From Dehalococcoidia bacterium (GTDB lineage: Bacteria > Chloroflexota > Dehalococcoidia > UBA2979), in assembly GCA_965247895.1 (NCBI GenBank), contig OZ252046.1, positions 1,975,155 through 2,039,154 of the forward strand: a stretch of 64,000 bases of DNA, given 5' to 3'. The notes beneath the pieces were generated by a model. The model was not told the DNA's origin. It saw only the letters and a list, made by a program, of their open reading frames with translations, and did no database searches. The translations under genes and the position numbers were made by a program. Positions 54,490 through 63,686 of this stretch are shown here, piece by piece; position 1 is the stretch's first letter; each line of letters opens with the position of its first letter.

Positions 54490-55883
54490 CGCGGCGCGGC
54501 GGTCGGAGGCTGCGCGGCGCCCGTCGCGGCAGTGGGGGCGATGCTCAGCCGCTCGCCCGCGACGACCTCCGCCCAGGTGGGGCGGCGGACCAGCGAGACG
54601 CAGAGCGCCGACACCATCACGAGCACGCCGAAGATCATAAAGATGCCCTGGTAGCTACCGGTGCGATCGAAGACGAAGCCGGCAATGATCGGGAAGGCCA
54701 CCCCGAAGGGCATCTGGGACATCATCGCGAGCCCCCGGATCGTCGAGAAGCGCGCCGACCCGAAGTAGTCCGCGATCAGGGTCATGAAGAGCACGACGTA
54801 GACGCCGTGGCCGAAGACGTAGAAGACATAGAAGATCGGGAGCAGCCAGACGCGGTCCGACGTCACGTTGGCGAAGACGATCAGCCCGATGCCCTGCGCC
54901 AGGAAGCAGGCGATATACGTCCGCCGGCGCCCGAAGTAGTCCGCGACGAAGCCGAAGAAGAAGCGCCCCGGGATCTGCAGCGCCCCGTAGGCCGCGACGG
55001 CCAGGCCGGCGTGCACCGCCGAGAAGCCGACGTTCTGGAGATGCGGCACCTGGTGCACGATCCAGACGTTCTGCGTGGTGCCGCCGAAGGTGATCGCCGC
55101 CGCCAGCAGATAGAACGCCGGCGAGTGCAGCGCCGCGGACACGGACATCCCGCTCGTTGACGCGAGGTGGGATGAGGCGTCCCCCCGCCGCGCCGCCTCC
55201 TCGGGATCGATGCCGTCCGGGTACAGCCCGTAGGGCTCGGGCCGGTCGCGCAGCACGAAGGCCATCGGCAGACCAATGACAAGGATGGCGAAGGCGGCGA
55301 TCACGAGCGTGCCGCGCCACCCGAACTGCACGATCAGCGCAGCGACGACCGGGGCGATCATGTAGCCGCCGGCGTTGCCGGAGAAGAGCACCCCCATCGC
55401 GCGCGGGCGACCGCGCTGGAACCAGTTCATGACCGCTGCCGAGAAGGGCGTGAAGCCGCTCGCGCTCTGGCCGATGGCGATCACCATACTCGCGGCGTAG
55501 TAGTGCCAGATCGTCTGTGCCGTCGAGAAGTACAGCATCCCGACGAAGACGATCAGCAGGCCGCCGATCGCCATCTTCCGCGGACCGAAGCGATCCACCA
55601 GGTAGCCGGTGAACGGGGCCATCAGCCCGGACTCGAAGGCGCGCAGCGAGTAACCGATCGTGATCGCCGCGACGGACCAGCCCAGCTCGTCGCGGATCGG
55701 CCCGATGAAGACACCGAAACTGAAGCCGACGACGCCGCCGACGAGGAGGTTGGAGGTCCCCCCGGCCAGCACGATGTACCAGCCGTAGAACAGCGGCCCG
55801 CCCGTCAGCCGGTTGACGACGCGCGCGAGCGCCCTCAAGACCGTCCCATGGGCCGCGCCCCCCCGGTTTGCATCCGAACTCAT
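54486..55883 (-). CDS. MFS transporter
   Basis: Twelve predicted TM helices; MFS motif A-like GYLVDRFGPRK. Confidence 0.75.
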   Translation of the reverse strand: MSSDANRGGAAHGTVLRALARVVNRLTGGPLFYGWYIVLAGGTSNLLVGGVVGFSFGVFIGPIRDELGWSVAAITIGYSLRAFESGLMAPFTGYLVDRFGPRKMAIGGLLIVFVGMLYFSTAQTIWHYYAASMVIAIGQSASGFTPFSAAVMNWFQRGRPRAMGVLFSGNAGGYMIAPVVAALIVQFGWRGTLVIAAFAILVIGLPMAFVLRDRPEPYGLYPDGIDPEEAARRGDASSHLASTSGMSVSAALHSPAFYLLAAAITFGGTTQNVWIVHQVPHLQNVGFSAVHAGLAVAAYGALQIPGRFFFGFVADYFGRRRTYIACFLAQGIGLIVFANVTSDRVWLLPIFYVFYVFGHGVYVVLFMTLIADYFGSARFSTIRGLAMMSQMPFGVAFPIIAGFVFDRTGSYQGIFMIFGVLVMVSALCVSLVRRPTWAEVVAGERLSIAPTAATGAAQPPTAAPR

Positions 55884-56074
55884 GGCCAGCGCCGCGCCCA
55901 ATGCTAACGGAGGGTTCCCGCGCACAACAGGCACGCGGCGGGCCTGCGTCCGCAGCGAGCAGCTCCGGCCACCCTCGGCGAGCGCCCGCCGGCAGGAGGT
56001 GTCAGGGAACCATCCGCGGCCCGCCTACGTATTAGTCATTGAGAAGCCGAATGCTGCGGCGGAAGGAATCCCTG

Positions 56075-57457
56075 ATGTTGAGGTTCATGTGGCTGGCCAT
56101 CGTCCCGCTGCTGCTGGCGGCGGCGGTGCTCACGGCCTGCAGCGACGACGACGACTCCGAGGACTCCGCAAGCGCCCCGGCGGCGCGCTTCGCGACGGCC
56201 ACCGCCGCGCCCACCGCGATGCCTACCGCTGCAGCGGTCTTCGCCGCCACCGCAACGCCCATCGCTGCCCTCAGGCCTTCCGCCGCAGCGGTGACCGAGG
56301 GGCCCGACGACGATGCGGTCTCCTTCCAGCAGGTCAATACGGGGCGCTCGATCGTCTACGTGGGCTCGATGTTCGTCGAGGTGGAGGACGTCCGCCTGGC
56401 GACGCAGCAGGCGCAGTTGGCGATCGCGGGCCTCGGCGGTCTGGTCTTCAGCCAGCACACGACCACCGAGCCGGTCCCGCGCACCGAGCTCACATTCAAG
56501 GTGCTGCCGGAGGACTTCGCGGAGGCGATGCGGCGCCTGGAGGCCCTCGGCGACCTGAAGAGCCAGCAGATCTCGGCCGACGACGTGACCGAGCGCGTCG
56601 TCGATCTCGAGAGCCGCATCATCACCTCCCGCGCCTCGGTGGAGCGGCTGCGGAGCTTCCTCGCGAACGCGACCGAGCTCAAGACTGTCGCCGAGCTCGA
56701 GTCCCAGCTGCTCGCCCGCGAGACCGACCTCGAACGGCTGCGCGGCCAGCTGCGCACGATCCAGGACCTGGTCGCACTCGCGACTGTCTCCATCACCCTC
56801 GTGGAACCCGCGCCCGAGCGCCCGGAGGCGCGCGTCGAGTTCGTGGAGACGGCCTACTCCGGGGACGATGACGGCGCGCGCTGCCCCGCCGCCGACGATC
56901 TCGCCGTCGACGAGGACGAGCCGATCACGGTCTGCGTCTCGGTCGAGAACACCGGGAATGTCGCGCTGGTCGAGATCGAGATACACGACTTCGGCCTGGA
57001 GTTCGACAACGACGACGTCGTCGCGCTCGAGGGCTCGCTCGCCGGGCCGCTCCAGCCCGGGGAACGCCTGCTCGGCTACTTCCAGACCGAGGCCGAGCTG
57101 GGGCGAGGGCCGGAGCCGGGGTTCTCCGCCGTGGCGGTCGATCCGGACGGCGAACCACTTCGCATCCAGGTGGGTGTCGACTTCGATGTCTTCGAGTACG
57201 AGGTCATCCCCGACGACTCCCTGCCGACCTTCGCAGATGGACTCCGGGGAAGCTGGAGCACCGTCGTGACCCTCGGCCGACTGGGGGTGCTGGCGGTCGG
57301 CATCGCCATCCCGTTCCTCTGGATCGTGCCGCTCGCCCTCGGGCTGTTCTGGTTGATCCGGCGGTTGATCCGGCGGATCAACCGGCCGCAGCGTCCGTGG
57401 GCGCCGCGCAGCACCGCCGCCCCCGCCCCGGACGAGGGCGACAGCGCCGAGGAGTAG
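56075..57457 (+). CDS. DUF4349-like lipoprotein with coiled-coil region and C-terminal TM anchor
   Basis: Signal peptide plus lipobox (LTAC); Ala/Thr/Pro linker; long coiled-coil segment; C-terminal hydrophobic helix plus basic tail (LIRRLIRRINR). Confidence 0.45.
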   Translation: MLRFMWLAIVPLLLAAAVLTACSDDDDSEDSASAPAARFATATAAPTAMPTAAAVFAATATPIAALRPSAAAVTEGPDDDAVSFQQVNTGRSIVYVGSMFVEVEDVRLATQQAQLAIAGLGGLVFSQHTTTEPVPRTELTFKVLPEDFAEAMRRLEALGDLKSQQISADDVTERVVDLESRIITSRASVERLRSFLANATELKTVAELESQLLARETDLERLRGQLRTIQDLVALATVSITLVEPAPERPEARVEFVETAYSGDDDGARCPAADDLAVDEDEPITVCVSVENTGNVALVEIEIHDFGLEFDNDDVVALEGSLAGPLQPGERLLGYFQTEAELGRGPEPGFSAVAVDPDGEPLRIQVGVDFDVFEYEVIPDDSLPTFADGLRGSWSTVVTLGRLGVLAVGIAIPFLWIVPLALGLFWLIRRLIRRINRPQRPWAPRSTAAPAPDEGDSAEE

Positions 57458-57546
57458 GACCGCTGATCGAGCGCGGAGCCGCGATCCGCTCCGCCGGCCT
57501 TGCCGCAGCGCCACGCGCCGCTATAGTCCGCCGCGGGAGGTGGCGC

Positions 57547-58380
57547 ATGAGTGGACGGCTCGAAGGCAAGCGGGCGGTGATCACCGGTGCGGCGAACGGC
57601 CTCGGCCGCGCCTGTGCGGAGCGCTTCGCCGAGGAAGGCGCGTCGATCGTCGTCGCCGACCTGCTGGCGGACGCCGCCGAGGAGGCGGCGGAGGCGATCC
57701 GCGCGGCCGGCGGGACGGCCGTGGCGGTGCAGGTAGACACGCGCAGGGACGAGAGCAACGCCGCACTGGCGGCGCAGGCCGTCGAGACCTTCGGCGGCAT
57801 CGACATCGTGATCCCGGCCGCCGGGGTGGCCCACCCCGGCTACGTCACGAACGATCTGGCGAACAACGCCGAGTACCAGGCCGCGTACGCCGAGGATCCG
57901 CTGGGGCACAGCTTCATCTACCAGCCGATCGAGATGTGGGACTACGTGCTGGACGTGAATCTCACCGGCGTGATGCTGACGCTGCGCCACACCCTGCGGC
58001 CGATGATCGAGGCCGGACAGGGCGGGGCCGTGGTCACGATCGCCTCGATCCTCGCGAAGCTGCCCGTCGGGGCGCCCTCGACGTCCTACTCGGTCGCGAA
58101 GGCGGGCGTCTGGATGCTCACCAAGTCGATGGCGCCGGAGCTGGCGAAGCACGGCATCCGCATCAACTCGATCGGGCCGGGCTTCTTCGAGACCTCGATG
58201 ACGGCGGTGATCCGCGCCGACGAGGAGTCCCAGCAGGCGGCGCTGGCGGCGGTGCCGATGGGCCGCATGGGCACCCCGCGCGAGCTGGCGAACACGGCGC
58301 TCTTCCTCGCCGGCGAGGAGTCCTCGTACTTCACGGGCCAGCTGCTGATCCCGGACGGGGGCTGGCTGCCGACGGCGTAG
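57547..58380 (+). CDS. SDR-family oxidoreductase
   Basis: TGAANGLGRA Rossmann motif, catalytic S...YSVAK, NAG-like motif. Confidence 0.8.
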   Translation: MSGRLEGKRAVITGAANGLGRACAERFAEEGASIVVADLLADAAEEAAEAIRAAGGTAVAVQVDTRRDESNAALAAQAVETFGGIDIVIPAAGVAHPGYVTNDLANNAEYQAAYAEDPLGHSFIYQPIEMWDYVLDVNLTGVMLTLRHTLRPMIEAGQGGAVVTIASILAKLPVGAPSTSYSVAKAGVWMLTKSMAPELAKHGIRINSIGPGFFETSMTAVIRADEESQQAALAAVPMGRMGTPRELANTALFLAGEESSYFTGQLLIPDGGWLPTA

Positions 58381-58395
58381 ACCGGAACTCGCCCG

Positions 58396-58857
58396 CTACA
58401 GCAGCGCCGCGAGACCGAGCGCGACGGCGCCGAGGATCACCAGGCCCGAGGCGGCCGCCGCCCAGAGCGCGAGCAGCCAGTACCAGGGCGCGGCGATCAC
58501 CCCGGCGCCGCGCTCGCGCAGCGCGAGGCGCAGCGTGCGCGCCAGCAGGCGGCCGTCGCTCGCCCACTCCTCGCCGCGCAGCCCGGCCTCGCCGACCTGC
58601 TCACGCAGCTCGACCATCAGCGTGGCGGCGCGGTGGAGCGTGCGCACGACGTGGACGAGCAGCAGGCCGGGCAACACCAGCACCACGGCGAGGAACGCGG
58701 CGTAGACGAGCCCGGCAGGCGACGCGATGCCGTCGCGCACCGCGATCAGCCACCACAGCAGCGCGCCCGCCGCGAGCGAGACGACCGCGAACAGCTCGAG
58801 GGCGCGCAGGCCGCGCCGCGCGATCCTCGCCGGGTCGACTACACGCCAGGTATTCAT
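58396..58857 (-). CDS. hypothetical membrane protein
   Basis: Three or four TM helices; no family recognised. Confidence 0.4.
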   Translation of the reverse strand: MNTWRVVDPARIARRGLRALELFAVVSLAAGALLWWLIAVRDGIASPAGLVYAAFLAVVLVLPGLLLVHVVRTLHRAATLMVELREQVGEAGLRGEEWASDGRLLARTLRLALRERGAGVIAAPWYWLLALWAAAASGLVILGAVALGLAALL

Positions 58858-59205
58858 GCGCTGACCACTCGTGCGCCTCTCGCGGCGCTCCCACGGGCGG
58901 AGCGCGACTCCGATGATACGGACGCCCGCCGGATGGTGGGGCGACTACAGCGACGACGAGGCCGCCGACTTCCCCGGCCTAGACATCGTGCTGGCCCTAC
59001 CGGACAGGACCATTGCCCGAGGCGCCTGTCGCAGCTACTCGGGAATAGGACAGCCTGAATGGCAGTACCCCGACGAGTTTTTCTTCGCGATACGCCGCAT
59101 GCGGGCTACCGGTTCGACGACAGGGACGTGGACTCCCCTCCGGGAGGCAACAGCGCCCGTCTGCTGAAGCTAGACTGGGGGAATCACCAGGAGGGAGGCA
59201 AGGTT

Positions 59206-59547
59206 GTGGGCACATACCGCCTTTACACCGGAAGCGACGGCGAGTCCCACGTCGAGACCATCGATCTGTCGGAAACCCCCGACTGGACGGCGGGTCTGGA
59301 CACCACGGCCATCACCTTCCGGGAGGACCCCGCGGGGAGGTTCGTAGACTGGCACCCGGCGCCCCGCCGGCAGTTCGTCATCATCGTCTCGGGTCAGCTC
59401 GAGATCGGGCTGGGCGACGGGTCGAAGCACCTGTTCGGTCCCGGCGACGCCCGTCTGGTTGAGGACACGACCGGCAAGGGCCACACCACCGCGGTGCACG
59501 GCGACGAGCCCTGCGTAGTGGCCACCATCCCCCTGGCCAACCAGTAG
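59206..59547 (+). CDS. cupin-domain protein, paralog of 36637-37011
   Basis: AGGAGGGAGG RBS 7 nt before GTG. Shares ...DWHPAPRRQFVIIVSGQLEIGLGDGSK... with the other copy. Confidence 0.5.
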   Translation: MGTYRLYTGSDGESHVETIDLSETPDWTAGLDTTAITFREDPAGRFVDWHPAPRRQFVIIVSGQLEIGLGDGSKHLFGPGDARLVEDTTGKGHTTAVHGDEPCVVATIPLANQ

Positions 59548-59705
59548 CACCCTCCCAACCCCCAGCGGGCCGGGGAGCGCGCGATTCCGCCTCGAATCTA
59601 CCTAAATCGACACGCGAATCGGGCATCATCTGCGCGGTCCGGTTGTCGCTTCGCGGGCGTTGGCGGAAGCTCCCCGCAGGCTCCGATCCGCGGGAAGGAT
59701 CAGGC

Positions 59706-60740
59706 ATGCGCTATCGCACGATCGCGGGCACGGACATCTCTGTCTCGGAGGTCGGTTTCGGCGTCTGGACGGTCGCTGCCGGCTGGTGGGGCGACTACAG
59801 CGACGACGAGGCCGTGACGCTGCTGCGGCAGGGCTACGAGCACGGCATCAACTTCTTCGACACCGCCGACACCTACGGCAGCGGCCGCGGCGAGACGATC
59901 CTCGCGCAGGCCTTCCCCGGCGCCGAGCGCGACAAGGTAGTGATCGCCACCAAGTTCGGCTACGACTGGGAGTCGCAGATCGGCAAGCGCCGCGAGGGCC
60001 ACCAGGAGGCTCCGCACTGCTTCGAGCCGGACTTCCTGCAGCGCGCGCTCGAAGGCTCGCTGCGCCGCCTCGGCACGGACCGCATCGACTGCTGGCAGCT
60101 GCACAACGTGCGCATGGAGCACCTGGAGCGCGACGACGTCTGGAGCTTCCTCGATCGCGTGCGCCGCGAGGGCAAGGTGCGCAGCGTCGGAGCCGCCCTC
60201 GGTCCGGCGATCGGCTGGCGCGAGGAGGGGCTGCACGCCCTCGCCGAGCGCCAGGTCGAGGTCGTGCACATGATCTACAACGCGCTCGAACTCGATCCCG
60301 GCCGCGAGCTGATCGCCGCAGCGCGCGAGGCCGGGCGCTCGCTGATGGTGCGGGTGCCGCACTCCTCGGGAATGCTCGAGGGCAAGTACACGGTGGACAC
60401 GGTCTTCGACGAGAACGACCACCGCCGCCACCGCCCGCGCGCCTGGCTGCTCAACGGCATCAAGAAGATCGAACAGCTCGGCTTCCTCACGGAGGCCACG
60501 GGCGGCGTGCTCGGGCAGGCGGCGCTGCGCTACATCCTCAAGGACCCGGAGATCGTCAGCACGCTGCCCAACATCTACGGCCTCGAGCAGATCGAGGAGT
60601 TCGCCGGAGCCTCGGAGTGCGGCGAGGTGACCGCGGAGGCAGCCGCGCGCGTCGAGGCGCTGTACGCGTCCAACTACGGGCTGCCGGTGGAGCAGGAGGC
60701 GGCGGTGAGCGCGGCCGCGCCAGGACGGGGGTCGCGATGA
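59706..60740 (+). CDS. aldo/keto reductase
   Basis: AKR motifs (INFFDTADTYGSG, IDCWQLH). Confidence 0.8.
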   Translation: MRYRTIAGTDISVSEVGFGVWTVAAGWWGDYSDDEAVTLLRQGYEHGINFFDTADTYGSGRGETILAQAFPGAERDKVVIATKFGYDWESQIGKRREGHQEAPHCFEPDFLQRALEGSLRRLGTDRIDCWQLHNVRMEHLERDDVWSFLDRVRREGKVRSVGAALGPAIGWREEGLHALAERQVEVVHMIYNALELDPGRELIAAAREAGRSLMVRVPHSSGMLEGKYTVDTVFDENDHRRHRPRAWLLNGIKKIEQLGFLTEATGGVLGQAALRYILKDPEIVSTLPNIYGLEQIEEFAGASECGEVTAEAAARVEALYASNYGLPVEQEAAVSAAAPGRGSR

Positions 60741-61522
60741 CGACGACCGAGGCGCGGTCCGGCTACCACTCGCGGCCGGAGGGCGCGCACGGTGGGGCCG
60801 CGCGCACGCCGCGCGGCGTGCAGTCCGTCAAGTTCAGCTTCTACCGCGTGCGCGACGACGTACGCGCGCTGCCGACGGCGGAGCGCGAGGCGATCGCCGA
60901 GGGGCTGGAGGAGCTGCTGGAGCGCTCGGCGAGCTCGATGCTGACGCGGCTCTACTCGACGGTGGGGACGCGCGCGGACACGGACTTCCTGGTCTGGCAG
61001 GTGCACGACGAACTCGCGCCGATCCAGGACTGGCACTCGCAGCTGCTCGGCTCCCCGGCGGGCGCGGCGCTGGAACGCCCGCACTCCTTCCTCTCGATGA
61101 CGATGCGCTCGATCTACACCAACCCGCTGCACGAGGGCTCCGGCGCGCGCGACCGGCTGCGCGAGGACGGCGGCGTGAAGGGCTACCTCTTCGTCTACCC
61201 GATGGTGAAGACCCGCGACTGGTACAAGCTGCCCGCCGAGGAGCGGCAGCGGATCATGAGCGAGCACATCACGATCGGGCACCGCTACCACGAGATCCAG
61301 ATCAACACCACCTACTCCTACGGCCTCGACGACCAGGAGTTCGTCGTCGCCTTCGAGGGCAACGACCCCGGCGAGTTCCTGGCGCTGGTGCGTGAGCTGC
61401 GCGACTCGGAGTCGTCCTCCTACACGGAGCGCGACACCCCGATGTTCACCTGCCGCCGCGTCGGCACGCCTCGCGAGTTGACGGCGCAGATCGGGCTGCG
61501 GCCGGCCGAGGGCGCCTCGTGA
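60737..61522 (+). CDS. hemQ: chlorite-dismutase-family coproheme decarboxylase (HemQ/ChdC)
   Basis: Start overlaps the AKR stop (ATGA). YLFVYPMVKTRDWYKLP...RIMSEHITIGHRY...INTTYSYGLDDQEFVVAFE... matches the HemQ signature region. Confidence 0.7.
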   Translation: MTTTEARSGYHSRPEGAHGGAARTPRGVQSVKFSFYRVRDDVRALPTAEREAIAEGLEELLERSASSMLTRLYSTVGTRADTDFLVWQVHDELAPIQDWHSQLLGSPAGAALERPHSFLSMTMRSIYTNPLHEGSGARDRLREDGGVKGYLFVYPMVKTRDWYKLPAEERQRIMSEHITIGHRYHEIQINTTYSYGLDDQEFVVAFEGNDPGEFLALVRELRDSESSSYTERDTPMFTCRRVGTPRELTAQIGLRPAEGAS

Positions 61523-61821
61523 GCGTGCGGCTGGCGGCGCTCTTCACGGCCACGCCGGGCGGCGAGCAGCGGCTGCGCGAGGTGCTGGAGTCCGACGCGC
61601 GCGCGACGCGCGGCGACGAGGGCGCGGAGCGCTTCGAGCTGTTCGTGAGCGTCGAGGATCCGCGCAGGCTCACGCTCGTCGAGCAGTGGCGCACGCAGGC
61701 GGACCTGGACGCGCACAAGACGCACGACCACCGCAACGAGACCCACGCCGCGCTGCACGGCGAGGGCATCGTCGAGGACCTCGAAATCTGGCTCTGCGAA
61801 CCAAGGGACGGCCCCGCATGA
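61519..61821 (+). CDS. ABM (antibiotic-biosynthesis-monooxygenase fold) domain protein, 1 of 3 tandem
   Basis: About 100 aa ferredoxin-like ABM pattern (...LVEQW...DLDAHKTHDH...); GTG start overlapping the HemQ stop. Confidence 0.5.
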   Translation: MSVRLAALFTATPGGEQRLREVLESDARATRGDEGAERFELFVSVEDPRRLTLVEQWRTQADLDAHKTHDHRNETHAALHGEGIVEDLEIWLCEPRDGPA

Positions 61822-62114
61822 CGATCAAGCTGACCGTGTCGATTACCGCCAACCCGGAGGGCCGCGACCAGCTGCTCGAGATCCTGCGCGAGGATGTCGT
61901 GGGCAGCCGCCAGGAGCCGGGCAACACGCGCTTCGACCTCTACGTGCAGGACGACGACCCGAACCGCTTCGTGCTGATCGAGGAGTGGCCCTCGGACGAG
62001 GCGTTCGCGCACCACATCGAGCAGGACTACCTGCTGCGGCTGCGCGAGGCGTTCGCCGACCCCGCGCTCTGCGCCGGCCGCGACGTCTGGCGGCTTGTGG
62101 AGGACGACGCGTGA
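61818..62114 (+). CDS. ABM domain protein, 2 of 3
   Basis: MTIKLTVSITANPEGRDQLLEIL...FVLIEEWPSDEAFAHHIEQDY typical of ABM proteins; overlaps the neighbour (ATGA). Confidence 0.6.
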   Translation: MTIKLTVSITANPEGRDQLLEILREDVVGSRQEPGNTRFDLYVQDDDPNRFVLIEEWPSDEAFAHHIEQDYLLRLREAFADPALCAGRDVWRLVEDDA

Positions 62115-62404
62115 CCGCTCGGCTGACGATCTTCGTGACGGCGAACCCGGACGGGCGCGAGCGGCTGCTCGAGCTGCTGCGCACGGACGCCGCCGCCGCT
62201 CCCGCCGAGCCGGGCAACGCCCGCTTCCAGGTCAGCCAGGACATCCTCGACCCGAACCGCCTCGTGATCTGCGAGTCCTGGACGAGCCGCGAGGCGCTGG
62301 ACGAGCACCTGGCGCACGACCACACGAAGGCAGTGCTGGCGGCGTTCGAGGATCCGGAGCTGATCGTCGCCTCCGAAGTCTGGACGGCGCAGGGGGACGC
62401 ATGA
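62111..62404 (+). CDS. ABM domain protein, 3 of 3
   Basis: LTIFVTANPDGRERLLELL...LVICESWTSREALDEHLAHDH; GTG start overlapping the previous stop. Confidence 0.5.
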   Translation: MTARLTIFVTANPDGRERLLELLRTDAAAAPAEPGNARFQVSQDILDPNRLVICESWTSREALDEHLAHDHTKAVLAAFEDPELIVASEVWTAQGDA

Positions 62405-63537
62405 CCACCGAAGCGGCCATCCCGGCAACCGTCGACGACCCGACCAACGCCGCCATCCTCGCGGTCTCCGAGGACCGCGTGGCCGGCTTCCAGCGAGACC
62501 CGCTGGGCCGCATCGCCGAGCGCTCCGGCATCGCGCTGCCGGTCGTCGTCGAGCGCATCCAGGCGATGCTGCGGGCGGGCACGATCCGGCGCGTGCGCCA
62601 GACGCTGCTCGCGAACAAGCTGGCGCCCGGCGCGCTCGTCGCCTGGCGGCTGCCCGAGGAGCGCCTGCACGAGGGCTTCGACTACCTCTTCCAGCAGGAC
62701 CCGTTCTCCGGCCACGTCGTGATCCGCAGCGCCGATCCGGCCACGCCCGGCGCCACGTACCGCCTCTGGACCACGCTCAAGACGCCCGTCGGCTTCTCGC
62801 TGGAGCGGCACTGCGAGCTGCTGGCGAGCCGCATCGGCGCGGAGACGTTCCGGCTGATGCCGGCGAAGCGGCTCTTCACCCTCGGCGTCGGGCACGTGCG
62901 GCGGCGCGGCCTGGAGCCGGGCGCGCGCAGCGACGAGCCCGCGCGGGTGATCGACACGGAGATCGTGGACCTCGACGAGCAGGACTGGCGCGTGCTGCTC
63001 GTGCTCAAGCGCGAGTTCGAGCCGGAGGAGATCGGCCCGGACCTGTGGCGCGGCCGCGCCGCCGAGGCCGGACTCGCGCTCGAGGCGTTCCTCGAGGCGG
63101 CCGAGGAACTCGACCGCCGCGGCGTGGTGGGGCGCTTCTCGACCTTCCTCGAGCACGTCAAGGCGGTGGGGGGCGCTGCGCCGGTGACGCGCTACAACGC
63201 GCTCTTCCACTGGGCCGTACCGCAGGGGCGCGAGCTCGACGCCGGCCGCGAGGTGGGCCGCCACCACGTGATGACGCACGCCTACTGGCGCGAGGGCGGC
63301 CCGGAGTTCCGCGATGTCAACGTGATGGGCGTGGCGCACGGCACGGACAAAGATCTGCTGCTGGCGCACAAGGCGGCGATCGACGAGCACCTCGCGGAGG
63401 CCGGGATCGCGATCGGCTACACGAACGTCTTCTGGGGCGGGCGCAGCGAGATCAAGCCCTCCGAGATCGCGCCCGCGGCCTACCTCGAGTGGCTGGGCGA
63501 GCAGGGCGTGGACCCGGACTCGCTGCGCGAGGCATAG
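62401..63537 (+). CDS. two-domain Lrp/AsnC-fold protein resembling fused siroheme decarboxylase subunits (NirDL/AhbAB-like)
   Basis: Two repeats of a wHTH plus regulator-of-amino-acid-metabolism-like module (ILAVSEDRVA...IAERSGIALPVVVERIQAMLRAGTIRRV; LDEQDWRVLLVLKREFEPEE...LDRRGVVGRF). Translationally coupled to the ABM genes. Assignment tentative. Confidence 0.4.
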   Translation: MTTEAAIPATVDDPTNAAILAVSEDRVAGFQRDPLGRIAERSGIALPVVVERIQAMLRAGTIRRVRQTLLANKLAPGALVAWRLPEERLHEGFDYLFQQDPFSGHVVIRSADPATPGATYRLWTTLKTPVGFSLERHCELLASRIGAETFRLMPAKRLFTLGVGHVRRRGLEPGARSDEPARVIDTEIVDLDEQDWRVLLVLKREFEPEEIGPDLWRGRAAEAGLALEAFLEAAEELDRRGVVGRFSTFLEHVKAVGGAAPVTRYNALFHWAVPQGRELDAGREVGRHHVMTHAYWREGGPEFRDVNVMGVAHGTDKDLLLAHKAAIDEHLAEAGIAIGYTNVFWGGRSEIKPSEIAPAAYLEWLGEQGVDPDSLREA

Positions 63538-63686
63538 CCTCGGCGGGGCGCGGCGCGCCTCCGCACCCGCTTCACTCCCTCCCAAGCACCCCTCCAAACC
63601 TTAATCGAGGGTTAACCGCGCACACCGACGATCACTTCGTGGCGCAAAGCGCCGGACACACGGACGTACCGAGGAGGTAGCAGCGA

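Noticed and set aside
58925-58975. ~35-bp duplicate of the aldo/keto-reductase 5' coding sequence (GGCTGGTGGGGCGACTACAGCGACGACGAGGCCG) 800 bp upstream of the real gene
   Set aside because: Too short to interpret. Probably a small recombination remnant. Noted only.
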